The position numbers and the translations under genes are program-made. From contig MHTK01000006.1 in the NCBI GenBank assembly GCA_001824825.1, positions 127,842 through 191,841 of the forward strand: DNA of 64,000 nt, read 5' to 3'. The notes beneath the pieces are model-generated. The model was not told the DNA's origin and searched no databases. It worked only from the letters and a program-made list of their open reading frames with translations. Of the stretch, positions 9,479-18,390 are shown piece after piece. The first letter of the stretch is position 1, and the number at the start of each line of letters is the position of its first letter. The DNA comes from Candidatus Vogelbacteria bacterium RIFOXYD1_FULL_46_19 (lineage in GTDB: Bacteria > Patescibacteriota > Minisyncoccia > Phycocordibacterales > XYD1-FULL-46-19).

Positions 9479-9793
9479 ATGACTAAAAAAAGCATAGCCG
9501 GCGGGACAGCCCACCCCTTACCAGCGGACCTACGAACAGCCCTTACCTCTGCCAGTAAGGCTCTCATCACTTGGGAAGATATCACTCCCTTGGCCCGTAA
9601 TGAATGGATTTGTTGGATTATCTCCGTTAAAACCCCCACCACCAGAAAACACCATCTCGACAGAGCGGTAGAGGAACTCGCTGAAGGCAAGCGCCGTCCT
9701 TGTTGCTGGATGGGCTGTACTCATAGAAAAGACAAACCTATCAACCCTTCGCAAAAATTTATTCTCAGTAGGCAGTCAAAAAAGAAAATCTAA
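9479..9793 (+). CDS. YdeI/OmpD-associated (bacteriocin-protection) family protein
   Basis: NEWICWIISVKTPTTRKHHLDRAVEELAEGKRR matches the (R/N)EWI-WI---K-ETR--RI--V--L-EGK signature. Preferred over the overlapping antisense ORF 9448..9690. Confidence 0.55.
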   Translation: MTKKSIAGGTAHPLPADLRTALTSASKALITWEDITPLARNEWICWIISVKTPTTRKHHLDRAVEELAEGKRRPCCWMGCTHRKDKPINPSQKFILSRQSKKKI

Positions 9794-9853
9794 TCTTTAT
9801 AAACAAAGAGGTCGCCCAACCGAAATTGGACGACCTTCAATAGGTAAAAGACA

Positions 9854-10234
9854 CTAAACGACTTCGAAACAACCCTCTGGGAATGCTACCATATCACTGA
9901 AATTAGTAGCAATCTCCCTTAAGAGTTTTGCTTCCTCACTTTTGCCAGCCTGAGTCAATACCCCGGCGACCACTGGCACATATGCTAATCGGGTTTTCGG
10001 GGGAACAATCTCCGCCAACCCGGCTCCACACATTTCGATAATCTCCGTCTGTGTGAAACAGGTCTCAACCGAAAGTCCTACAAGGGCTTGCAAAATGTTG
10101 TTAGGGATATTGTCACCAGCGGGAACCAGAAGTATTTTAATCTTCGCCCACTGGCCATCATAGCCATATCCCGGGGTCCTAATAGTTGCCAGGGTGTCAA
10201 TATCGACTTTTCGCACTAAAACCAATTCAGACAT
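9854..10234 (-). CDS. Hypothetical protein
   Basis: 126-aa ORF with no recognisable motif. Compact spacing with neighbours. Confidence 0.35.
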   Translation of the reverse strand: MSELVLVRKVDIDTLATIRTPGYGYDGQWAKIKILLVPAGDNIPNNILQALVGLSVETCFTQTEIIEMCGAGLAEIVPPKTRLAYVPVVAGVLTQAGKSEEAKLLREIATNFSDMVAFPEGCFEVV

Positions 10235-10313
10235 TTACCCACCCTCCTTTCTATCTATTATTATATATCAGTTTTACTCAAAAGTCAAGACTTGTCTAGA
10301 TAGGACCCTAATC

Positions 10314-10967
10314 CTATTTAACCGTCATCTTTTCGATAATCACCGGCTCCACCGGCTGGTCACCGGGAACCGTGGGTACACTCACAATTTTATCTACCAC
10401 TTCCATTCCACTTACCACTTGCCCAAACACCGGGTGTTTACTCTCTAGAGGTGGCTGATCAAAATCTAAAAAGGTATTGTCGGCCACGTTGATAAAGAAC
10501 TGGCTCCCCCCCGAGTTGGGCCGGCCGGAATTCGCCATCGAGATACTCCCCCGCCTGTTGGATAATTTATCCCCCACCACAAACTCATCCTCAATCATAT
10601 AGCCCGGCCCCCCAGTGCCATGAATGGCGGTATTAGCCGGCTGTTCCTTAGTTAGTGGGTCTCCGCCTTGAACCATAAAACCTGGGATCACTCGGTGAAA
10701 ACGCGTCCCATCGTAAAAACCCTCTTCGACTAATTTTAAAAAGTTACCGGCCGTGATCGGCATTTCCCGCTTAAAAAGCTCCAGTTCAAAGGTACCCTGA
10801 TTGGTTACCACTGTCACCACCGGATTGTTCAAAGCCTCACTAACCATTTCTTTAGTCTCCTCATCCATAGTTATATTTTTATTACTGTTATTGTTTAAAA
10901 CTCCCACCGCTACCAAACCGCCTACCAGCGCTACCACTAAAATTCCCCACACTAAATTCTGATTCAT
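10314..10967 (-). CDS. ppiB: Peptidyl-prolyl cis-trans isomerase, cyclophilin type, membrane-anchored
   Basis: N-terminal TM helix. FHRVIPGFMVQGGDP and GTGGPGY cyclophilin motifs. Confidence 0.9.
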   Translation of the reverse strand: MNQNLVWGILVVALVGGLVAVGVLNNNSNKNITMDEETKEMVSEALNNPVVTVVTNQGTFELELFKREMPITAGNFLKLVEEGFYDGTRFHRVIPGFMVQGGDPLTKEQPANTAIHGTGGPGYMIEDEFVVGDKLSNRRGSISMANSGRPNSGGSQFFINVADNTFLDFDQPPLESKHPVFGQVVSGMEVVDKIVSVPTVPGDQPVEPVIIEKMTVK

Positions 10968-10994
10968 AATAAAGTTCTATAAGTTAATATAATT

Positions 10995-11360
10995 TTACCG
11001 CCAGCCTCGTAATATATTTTTCATTTGACGCGCCCCTTTTCTAAATAAAGTAATTTCTTTGCCTTTTTTGGTTTTAATTTGACTTAAGATTTCTGCCTTC
11101 ATCGCATCAATCGCCGTATACAAGTCATATTCCACCGCCACCGAGCGACTAAGAGCCTGCCCCGGGATATCCAAAGTTAGCTCCGCTTTAAACAACTCCC
11201 CCCGGCGGTGATGTTCGGTCGTCTTGCCGATTTCTACCCCCGCTATCGCTTCCCCGGCCGACTCATCGATTTGATTTTTGATCTTCGATAGTTTATGCGA
11301 CAAATACTGCTCGAGGGCGGGAGTCAATTTTACCCCGGTGGTTTTGATATTTATTTTCAT
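10995..11360 (-). CDS. hpf: Ribosome hibernation promoting factor / ribosome-associated inhibitor A (HPF/RaiA, short form)
   Basis: MKINIKTTGVKLTPALEQYLSHKLSKI... is the typical S30AE/YfiA N-terminal domain. Confidence 0.85.
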   Translation of the reverse strand: MKINIKTTGVKLTPALEQYLSHKLSKIKNQIDESAGEAIAGVEIGKTTEHHRRGELFKAELTLDIPGQALSRSVAVEYDLYTAIDAMKAEILSQIKTKKGKEITLFRKGARQMKNILRGWR

Positions 11361-11431
11361 AAGCGAAAAAGAATTTAAAGAATAATTCTTCCCCTATTAT
11401 ATCATAGGAAACAACCCACCCAAGCCCGTCT

Positions 11432-11653
11432 CTAATCCGGTAGGGACAGCAGTTTAGTGGGGCTATGATGGCCACTAATTATCCGCACCGCCGCCGGGGC
11501 CACCCTGTAGTAGGCCGCCACCAGCTCCACTACCCGCCGGTTGGCTAAATGAAACTGCGCCGGCTCCTTAACAGCAATACTTAAGCGGTTGGGAGCAATA
11601 AGAGTCACCTGCTCCTGCCGGCTTTTGGTTTTAACTTTAACTCTGACGTACAT
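11432..11653 (-). CDS. DUF167 (YggU-like) protein
   Basis: MYVRVKVKTKSRQEQV...LANRRVVELVAAYYRVAPAAVRIISGHHSPTKLL matches the UPF0235 pattern. Start placed at the second Met. Confidence 0.55.
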   Translation of the reverse strand: MYVRVKVKTKSRQEQVTLIAPNRLSIAVKEPAQFHLANRRVVELVAAYYRVAPAAVRIISGHHSPTKLLSLPD

Positions 11654-11665
11654 AGCCACTTGGAT

Positions 11666-13084
11666 TTAAACTTGCTGAACCGACACCGTATTAGTGGTAC
11701 CGCTTTTCCCCAAGGTCAACCCGCCGACTAAAACAAATCTATCTCCCGGCTTAACCAGTTTTTTCTTTTTTAAAATTTCTTTAGCCTCTTTAACCGAGTC
11801 ACCAAAGGTCGCAAAACGATGTGGCAATAAAATTGGATCACAACCAAAAGATAAAGATAAGCGGTTAAAAGTTTTCACATCCGGCGTAATCACTACCACC
11901 GCACAAGATGGCTTATACCGCGACACCATCCGAGCGGTATAGCCCGAAGTAGATAAGGCTACAATTGCCTGCGCCACCACTTCATGAGCCACGTTTAAAG
12001 CCGAAAAGCTAATAGCGTCGGTAATATCCTTACCGGCCAAGTGTTCACCCTTTAAGATGCTTTCATAATTAATATACTGCTCAGTTTTAAGGGCAATATT
12101 GCGCATCGTTTCCACCACATTGACCGGATCAATCCCTAAAGTGGTTTCCTCCGACAGCATCACCGCGTCCGTCCCATCAAAAATAGCATTGGCCACATCA
12201 TTCACCTCGGCCCGGGTCGGGACAGGACTACCGATCATCGACTCCAGCATTTGCGTCGCGGTAATAACCGGCTTGCCCACCTTATTACATTTTTTAATAA
12301 TCATCTTTTGCAAAATCGGCACCTCCTCTTTTGGCACTTCAACCGCCAGATCACCGCGGGCCACCATCACGCCGTCGGTCGCCGCAATAATTTCATCAAT
12401 ATTTTCAATCGCCTCAGCTGTCTCGATTTTAGCAATAATTTTAATATCTGCTTTACTTTTATTTAACAAAGTCCGTAGTTCATCGATATCCTCACGACGC
12501 CGCACAAAAGATAAAGCCATAAAATCTACTCCTTGTTTAACCCCATAAGCAACATGCTTTTTATCCGTCGGCGTCAGTGAGCTAATAGACAAGTAGGCCC
12601 CCGGCACATTCACCCCGCGACGACCTTTAGTTTCGCCTCCGACCACAATCTGACAATAAATTTCAGTGCCTTTGACTTTCTCTACTACCAACTTCTTTTT
12701 ACCATCGTCCAAGAAAATAACCGAGCCGACAGCCACCTCTTGAGGTAACTTGGCATAATTAATATAGACGCCCGTTTCATCCCCCACCCGCTTAGTAGTC
12801 GACAAAACAAATGGTTGCCCGGCCACGAGTTTGACCCGCTCCTGGTAGAATTCACCAATTCTAATTTTCGGGCCTGGCAAATCCAGTAAAACCGCGATCG
12901 GTTGGTCCAGTTTTTTAGACACTCGGCGAATAGCTTCAATACGAGCGCCATGTTCCTCGTAAGAGCCATGAGAAAAATTCAGTCGGATGACATTCATACC
13001 CACCTGCACCAGTTTCGTTAGAACAGCCTCGCTTTCACTGGCGGGCCCGATGGTTGCTACGATTTTAGTTTTTTTCTTATTCAT
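11666..13084 (-). CDS. pyk: Pyruvate kinase (full length, with lid and C-terminal domains)
   Basis: KIVATIGPAS, NVIRLNFSHG, MVARGDLAVEVP, GKPVITATQMLESM. Confidence 0.9.
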   Translation of the reverse strand: MNKKKTKIVATIGPASESEAVLTKLVQVGMNVIRLNFSHGSYEEHGARIEAIRRVSKKLDQPIAVLLDLPGPKIRIGEFYQERVKLVAGQPFVLSTTKRVGDETGVYINYAKLPQEVAVGSVIFLDDGKKKLVVEKVKGTEIYCQIVVGGETKGRRGVNVPGAYLSISSLTPTDKKHVAYGVKQGVDFMALSFVRRREDIDELRTLLNKSKADIKIIAKIETAEAIENIDEIIAATDGVMVARGDLAVEVPKEEVPILQKMIIKKCNKVGKPVITATQMLESMIGSPVPTRAEVNDVANAIFDGTDAVMLSEETTLGIDPVNVVETMRNIALKTEQYINYESILKGEHLAGKDITDAISFSALNVAHEVVAQAIVALSTSGYTARMVSRYKPSCAVVVITPDVKTFNRLSLSFGCDPILLPHRFATFGDSVKEAKEILKKKKLVKPGDRFVLVGGLTLGKSGTTNTVSVQQV

Positions 13085-13198
13085 CCCCGTTATTAAGTTA
13101 GAGGTAATTTAACTTTGACAATCTACCACAGGTGCGCCTATTTATCAAAAAAACAGCCGCTTAACGCGACTGTTTTTAGACCACTTGTTTTTGGAATT

Positions 13199-13972
13199 CT
13201 ACTTGATCTCGTAATGTAAAACTACCTGAATAGTTACTTGGTTCGAACCCGGTTGAATCGAAGCTACCGCTTTCTCAGCTTGAGCCATATCAGCCCCACC
13301 TCGGCCGTAGGCTAAAGGCATTACCGGTGGGTAACCATTAACCGCTTCCTCGATCGACAACAGTTTACCTAAGCGAAAACCGCCAGCGTCTGCCACTTCC
13401 TTAGCCTGATCTTTAGCTTTAGCAATCGCTTCTTTCCGAGCTTCATTTTGAACCATAGTTGGATCTTCTATGCGAAAGACCAAACCAGACACGGAATTGG
13501 CCCCATTAGCTACCACCCCACTTAAGATAGGTCCCACCTTAGCAAAATCGCGCACCTTTACCCGCACTGTCTGACTAATTTCATAACCAATAATTTCTGG
13601 AGGTGGACAAGCTTGTCCCCCATTACAGTTAAAGTATTGGTAGCGAGGATTAGCACTATAATCAGACGTCTGGATGTCTTTTTCGGCTATCCCTTGGTTT
13701 TTCACAAAAGTAATAGCTCGATTGACTTTTTCCGTATTACTGATCTGCAGAGCCGACAAGTCAGTTCCCCCTTGAGTAATCACACTAAAAGAAAACTCCG
13801 CAATATCAGGCGCCGCTAATACTTCCCCTTCCGCACTGACACTAAAACTGCGTGTGGCTGCTGGATTAACCGATTTGGAATAAGCCCGCGTGTAAACCAG
13901 AGTTGAAAAAGTAAAGACTACTAGCGCCGCTATAACCACTATCCCTAAAATATTTTTTACTTGAGTATCCAT
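13199..13972 (-). CDS. SIMPL/DUF541 domain protein (periplasmic/immunogenic protein family), N-terminal TM
   Basis: TM anchor, then SFSVSAEGEVLAAPDIAEFSFSV...KVNRAITFVKNQGIAEKDIQTSDY typical of DUF541. Confidence 0.65.
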   Translation of the reverse strand: MDTQVKNILGIVVIAALVVFTFSTLVYTRAYSKSVNPAATRSFSVSAEGEVLAAPDIAEFSFSVITQGGTDLSALQISNTEKVNRAITFVKNQGIAEKDIQTSDYSANPRYQYFNCNGGQACPPPEIIGYEISQTVRVKVRDFAKVGPILSGVVANGANSVSGLVFRIEDPTMVQNEARKEAIAKAKDQAKEVADAGGFRLGKLLSIEEAVNGYPPVMPLAYGRGGADMAQAEKAVASIQPGSNQVTIQVVLHYEIK

Positions 13973-14113
13973 AACAAAAACGTAATAAATTAATAATCTT
14001 AAATTCTGAAAATTGGTCGGCCAACTTCAATTTCCAATTTGTTTTTAACATTTTAACATGACCAAAGTTAAGACGCATCTGCTAAGTATAATCTTACAGT
14101 TGAGCTTACTTTC

Positions 14114-14143
14114 TTGCTACTATCCACAAAATATGGCTATAAT
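14114..14143 (+). promoter_or_regulatory. Near-consensus sigma70-type promoter (TTGCTA, 18 nt, TATAAT)
   Basis: ttgcta at 14114-14119 and a perfect tataat at 14138-14143. It lies downstream of the ATG of the dubious 194-aa ORF. Confidence 0.5.
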
Positions 14144-14149
14144 ACTGGC

Positions 14150-14668
14150 TGGTAAGAGCCAACGGATGGCACTTAAGATCTTAAGGAAAAAGACAATGGG
14201 TGGATTAACCGTTTCCGACCACGACCAAGCGGTGACTATGCCGCCAAACCACGACGAGCATGTCTCCGTAGTATCGGTACAGCCAGCTAAGCGGCTAACC
14301 TTGGACAACTGGTGGCAAGCACCGCCAGCCAACAAGTGGGCTCGAGGAGCACTCGAGCTCGAAGTGATCCCCGAGTTCATCTTGGAGGTGAAAATCTTGC
14401 GGCCGACTACCCTACCGGCGGTCCAAAAATTTGTGACCAGCCTGAGTGGGAGGTATCGCCTGGGAACATTACCCCTTTTAGGGTTCGCACCACGGGATTT
14501 TTTCAACCCAAACTCCCCCTACTATCTCCCCAGGACTGTCAGTCCGGCTTTTGAGGTGGCCTACTTGCTCCAAGGGCGGATTTTGGTTCGACCCTACACG
14601 AACCCATTGCTACCTGGACACCGGATCCTCTACTACAACTAGAGGCCCTAAATGTGAACTTTTTATGA
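14150..14668 (+). ncRNA. Candidate structured non-coding RNA of undetermined class, roughly 500 nt
   Basis: GC-rich island (about 55 percent versus about 45 percent around it). Long overlapping ORFs in three frames on both strands, none protein-like. Own promoter and intrinsic terminator. Multiple hairpins (e.g. ggttcg-accctaca-cgaacc). Short matches to RNase P (CCACGACCA, GGUGAAAA, xCCGGCUUU) and tmRNA 5-prime (GGGCGGAUUUUGGUUCGAC) consensus, neither sufficient for assignment. Confidence 0.35.
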
Positions 14669-14669
14669 A

Positions 14670-14700
14670 CGCGCCTTATCTCCTAAGGTGCGTTTTCTTT
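14670..14700. terminator. Bidirectional intrinsic terminator
   Basis: acgcgcctta-tctcc-taaggtgcg followed by ttttcttt. Sits between the candidate ncRNA (+) and the uppP stop (-). Confidence 0.55.
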
Positions 14701-15479
14701 TAACTTATAATCACCAGATAGATAAAAACAGCCACCACTATCCGGTAAACTCCAAACCAGCTAAAATCGTGCTTTTGAACAAAAGCCAGTAACCATTTAA
14801 TAGCTACTAGTGAGAAAATAAAAGATAAAGCAAAACCCAAAGCCATCGCTTGCCATTCAACCGCATTAAAAGCCAAGCCGCTCTGCCACAAGTCGTAACC
14901 AACAGCGGCCACCATCGTGGGGATGGCTAGTAAAAACGAAAATTCCACAATAGCGGAACGGGACAAGCCTAGGGCCAAGCCCCCGATAATCGTCGCCCCC
15001 GAACGTGACACCCCTGGCACAATCGCCAGGGCTTGGTAACACCCAATAATGACCGCTTGACGATAAGATAAAGTCTCTAAATCAAAACGGTTCATCCGCT
15101 CTGGATGCCGGCCCAACCAGCGCTCAAAAATAATCAACCCAGCGCCCCCTAGCCCGAGCGACCAGGCCACCACCGATAAATTGGTCAGTAAAACCTCTTT
15201 GATAATCGAATATAAAGCAAAGCCAATCAAGGCCGTCGGTAGCCAAGCGGCCGCAATTTTTTTAAGTAAAACGACATCTGTCCTCAAGCGCTTAACGTAT
15301 AAAACCACTACTGCTAAAATAGCTCCCAACTGAATAAAAATCAAAAAACTGGATAAAAAATCAGACAGTGCAATGTCAAGCAATTCTGCCGCCGCCATCA
15401 AATGACCAGTCGACGATATCGGTAGAAACTCGGTCAAACCTTCAACCAGACTCAAAATAAAAACCTCTAAAATATCCAT
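14700..15479 (-). CDS. uppP: Undecaprenyl-diphosphatase
   Basis: MDILEVFILSLVEGLTEFLPISSTGHLM and a polytopic BacA/UppP profile. Start placed at MDIL. Confidence 0.9.
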   Translation of the reverse strand: MDILEVFILSLVEGLTEFLPISSTGHLMAAAELLDIALSDFLSSFLIFIQLGAILAVVVLYVKRLRTDVVLLKKIAAAWLPTALIGFALYSIIKEVLLTNLSVVAWSLGLGGAGLIIFERWLGRHPERMNRFDLETLSYRQAVIIGCYQALAIVPGVSRSGATIIGGLALGLSRSAIVEFSFLLAIPTMVAAVGYDLWQSGLAFNAVEWQAMALGFALSFIFSLVAIKWLLAFVQKHDFSWFGVYRIVVAVFIYLVIIS

Positions 15480-15610
15480 TTTTAAAATTTGATTAAAAAA
15501 CTTCCCCACTAAAACTTTAATAGTTTCCCTTCATTTAATTTTAGTAACCAAACTACCCAATAGCAACCAGACTAGCTAAAGACTTAATAGAGCCTGACCC
15601 TACCTTTTAT

Positions 15611-16111
15611 CTAAGAGAGCCATAGCCGGGTCATCCATAACAAAATTACTAACCCCACCTGAGAAATCACCCCTAAAAATAAATTATTTTTTAACCTGAT
15701 CTTGGTGTGAATAGTGGCATGAAATCTCTGTAACCCATCTAAAATTCTCCAACGGGAGAGGCCGTGCCAAAATTGCAAAAAATCCGGCAACATCCCCGCG
15801 AGTGCTCCCCCCAATAAAAGTAGCGGCCACTGACCATCAAGAAAGAAACCGAGACCGACCGCCAGAACCAACCCAAGGAGGGCATCTCCCCCAATCCGCC
15901 CCAAATCCCAAATGAAAGCTCGGCCCCAAGCCATTTCCACCACTCCCCGCTTCGCTGCTTCCTGATTTAAAGATAAAAGTTCATAATCCCGATGCGGTAT
16001 CATATCTAAAACAAAATGACTAAGAAAAGCGACTGTTAAGCCGACTACCGGCTCATTAGGCAACAGCGACACAATAATGGCCCCAGTGAGGGCGTGAGTG
16101 CTTAAAGTCAT
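15611..16111 (-). CDS. Membrane-bound metal-dependent hydrolase, YdjM/DUF457-like
   Basis: Polytopic. MTLSTHALTGAIIV...LSHFVLDMIPHRDYEL resembles the DUF457 His-rich N-terminus. Confidence 0.45.
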   Translation of the reverse strand: MTLSTHALTGAIIVSLLPNEPVVGLTVAFLSHFVLDMIPHRDYELLSLNQEAAKRGVVEMAWGRAFIWDLGRIGGDALLGLVLAVGLGFFLDGQWPLLLLGGALAGMLPDFLQFWHGLSRWRILDGLQRFHATIHTKIRLKNNLFLGVISQVGLVILLWMTRLWLS

Positions 16112-16117
16112 AACAGA

Positions 16118-17071
16118 TTAGAGACCGGCGCAACGATTAAAGCTAACCACTTGATTATTATACTCCACAATCGAAGCTTGAGTAATTTGCAATAGATTAT
16201 TGAATTCAGAAGCATAAGTATTAAACTGTCTAATCTGCTTGAATTCTTCTACGACTGTTACCGTTTCACCCTCAACTATTAGTTTTAAGTCAGTTAGTTG
16301 ACGCTCTAAACTATCCAAACGAGCTTTATTTTTGAAAATCTGAGCCTTCAAGGCTTGATTAGGTTCCGGACAAAGATCAAACGGGGTACCGAAAACTTGC
16401 ACCGCTAGTCGAGCTCGCCGGCCTTCGAAAACTCCTTCTTGAACCGCTACCCCAATATCGGTATAGCGCTTGGCTTCAATATTGGCTTGATGAGCTGGAC
16501 TATCTAGCCAAGCTTTCACTACCGCTTGGTCATTATTAAAAGTTCCTAGAGCTAAGTTTTCTCCAATTACAATAAATTTGTAGTCAATCTGACCAGCCAC
16601 ATCACTTACCCCCAAGCCACTGGGCGAAGCGTGAGCAAAGTACTGCTTATTAAACATATCCTCCAATCTGAGACGGGCTATCTCATTGAGTTTGGAATTC
16701 TCCTGTAGGGGCGGCAAGTTCTTATCAATTCTGGCCACATTGGTCCAAGCAATCACTCCGGCTCGAGATAAAGTAAAGGTTGAATCCAAGACCCCGGCCG
16801 CCGATAACAAATTTAGGGGTGGCGGGGTAATAATTAAACTTTTTAGTTCCGAGAGAGGTGTTAGAATATTATTTTTTAATTGACTCAAACTGACGCTAGC
16901 TTCAGGTCGTACCACCTCCAGCTCTCGATCTTCCGGTAAAACCGACTCCAGAAAATTTTTTGGTTCAGCTATATCAGTTCGGGTGTCCACCAAGGTTCGA
17001 TAAGAATACGTACCAAGAACGATGATGGCAATTAAGGTGAGTCCTAAACTAAACCAGATATAGCGAAGCAT
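16118..17071 (-). CDS. CAP (SCP/PR-1-like) domain protein, membrane-anchored
   Basis: N-terminal TM. C-terminal KQYFAHASPSG...GENLALG...VKAWLDSPAHQANI... matches the CAP/YkwD domain. Confidence 0.6.
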   Translation of the reverse strand: MLRYIWFSLGLTLIAIIVLGTYSYRTLVDTRTDIAEPKNFLESVLPEDRELEVVRPEASVSLSQLKNNILTPLSELKSLIITPPPLNLLSAAGVLDSTFTLSRAGVIAWTNVARIDKNLPPLQENSKLNEIARLRLEDMFNKQYFAHASPSGLGVSDVAGQIDYKFIVIGENLALGTFNNDQAVVKAWLDSPAHQANIEAKRYTDIGVAVQEGVFEGRRARLAVQVFGTPFDLCPEPNQALKAQIFKNKARLDSLERQLTDLKLIVEGETVTVVEEFKQIRQFNTYASEFNNLLQITQASIVEYNNQVVSFNRCAGL

Positions 17072-17072
17072 A

Positions 17073-17489
17073 TTAGTTTAATAGCGGATCATAAATTTCC
17101 GTCAGACTAACCAAATACCCGCCCCTGGTGACAGCTACAAATGGTAACCGGTACAAAGTCTCTCCCTGATCAAGGCTTTTAAACTTGGAATGAAGTTTTC
17201 TCGGTGACAAACTAAACTGGTCCTTGCCCCCTTGCCCTAAAATCAAGTCTGTGCGGCTCGATAGGTAAAATTCCTGAACCCCAGCCAAAGGACTAACTTC
17301 AACCACCACACTCCCTTGGCCCTCTACTTGATCTAAAACAACGTGAAAGCGGCCGCCAGCTTGGTAAATATCTCTCACATAAACCACTTGTTCCACACTC
17401 AATTCATCACTCACTTTAAGAGTGGTCATTGCCCACACAACCACCCCAATCATAATAACAATGAAAATGAGTATTTTTTTACGTGTCAT
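17073..17489 (-). CDS. Hypothetical membrane-anchored protein
   Basis: N-terminal TM helix. 138 aa with no motif. Confidence 0.4.
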   Translation of the reverse strand: MTRKKILIFIVIMIGVVVWAMTTLKVSDELSVEQVVYVRDIYQAGGRFHVVLDQVEGQGSVVVEVSPLAGVQEFYLSSRTDLILGQGGKDQFSLSPRKLHSKFKSLDQGETLYRLPFVAVTRGGYLVSLTEIYDPLLN

Positions 17490-17617
17490 AAATACATAGT
17501 CGGTCTCTTGCCTAGACCAAATTAAATAATCTTAAATTGGATTAACTATACAATACCCCCGGCTTGATCTCAAGTCATTAATTGGAGGCCCGGACTCACC
17601 TATGTTATAATTTTGTT

Positions 17618-17860
17618 ATGATCCTAAAAGAGTTCAACTCTTTTCTCGCTCTCGTTACCGCCGGCCATCTCGCGGTCGTTTTAGGAGTAGTCTTAATTTA
17701 TGCGGCCGTAATGAGCTGGGTGCTGTTATACCACTGGCAAGAGTATGGTCTCACTCGCAGTAAAATAATTTTAGCGACCGAAGCTACTTATCTATCGGTC
17801 ATCGCCATCTTAATTGCAACTATGGCCATCTTTTTTTATTTAGTTTACTTTAGTTCATGA
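17618..17860 (+). CDS. Small two-TM membrane protein
   Basis: Two hydrophobic helices. Stop overlaps the start of the next gene (ATGA). Confidence 0.4.
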   Translation: MILKEFNSFLALVTAGHLAVVLGVVLIYAAVMSWVLLYHWQEYGLTRSKIILATEATYLSVIAILIATMAIFFYLVYFSS

Positions 17861-18390
17861 ACAAAACCGTCCATCTGGAAACTGGTGAAGAAATCATAGC
17901 CGAGGTGCGAAAGCATTGGTTTATCTTTTTACTGGAAGGTCTAGCTTCTCTAGCAGCAGCCCTCGGGCCTTTAATTATTATTCCCATCTGCTTTAACTTC
18001 GCCGGAACTGAATTAAACAGTCGCTCCTTTTACATTTTAGCTTTCTTTTATAGCACCTGGCTGGCCCTAGTTTGGATCTACTTCTTTGTCTCCTGGACCG
18101 ATTATTACTTAGATGTCTGGTTGCTAACCAATGAAAAAATTATTGATATTGAACAGAAAGGTATTTTCCATCGCGAAGTATCTACTTTCCGCCTGGAACG
18201 AATTCAAGATGTGACAGTCGAAATCCCGGGCTTCTTAGCCACCCTACTTGATTATGGCCATCTACATGTTCAAACCGCCGGCGAACAAAGAGAATTTATT
18301 ATTTATAATGCCGCCCAACCCGGCGAGGTAAAAAAGAAAATTTTAAGCGCCTATCGGCGACCAGCCACCGACCCTAGTTTAAACGCCTAA
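17857..18390 (+). CDS. Bacterial PH domain (bPH_2/YdbT-like) membrane protein
   Basis: GEEIIAEVRKHWFIFLLEGL followed by TM helices, then a PH-like C-terminal domain. Confidence 0.5.
   Translation: MNKTVHLETGEEIIAEVRKHWFIFLLEGLASLAAALGPLIIIPICFNFAGTELNSRSFYILAFFYSTWLALVWIYFFVSWTDYYLDVWLLTNEKIIDIEQKGIFHREVSTFRLERIQDVTVEIPGFLATLLDYGHLHVQTAGEQREFIIYNAAQPGEVKKKILSAYRRPATDPSLNA

Noticed and set aside
9448-9690. 80-aa minus-strand ORF antisense to the YdeI/OmpD-associated gene
   Set aside because: The plus-strand ORF has a clear family signature. The antisense frame is a shadow ORF.
11293-13819. Antisense or overlapping ORFs in the hpf-pyk-SIMPL region (11293..11475, 11694..11942, 12099..12548, 12251..12466, 12685..12969, 13613..13819, 13866..14078)
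   Set aside because: Shadow ORFs of pyk, hpf and the DUF541 gene.
14058-14642. 194-aa ORF (with overlapping 128-aa minus-strand and 80-aa plus-strand ORFs) as a protein-coding gene
   Set aside because: The sequence is not protein-like. The promoter lies downstream of its ATG. Three mutually overlapping frames are open, which is typical of GC-rich structured RNA. It is reported as an ncRNA candidate instead.
14150-14668. Firm assignment of the ncRNA candidate as RNase P RNA or tmRNA
   Set aside because: Only short motif matches were found. No AGGAAAGUCC P4 strand and no complementary partner for CCGGCUU were found. No CCA or T-arm fits tmRNA. The class is left open.
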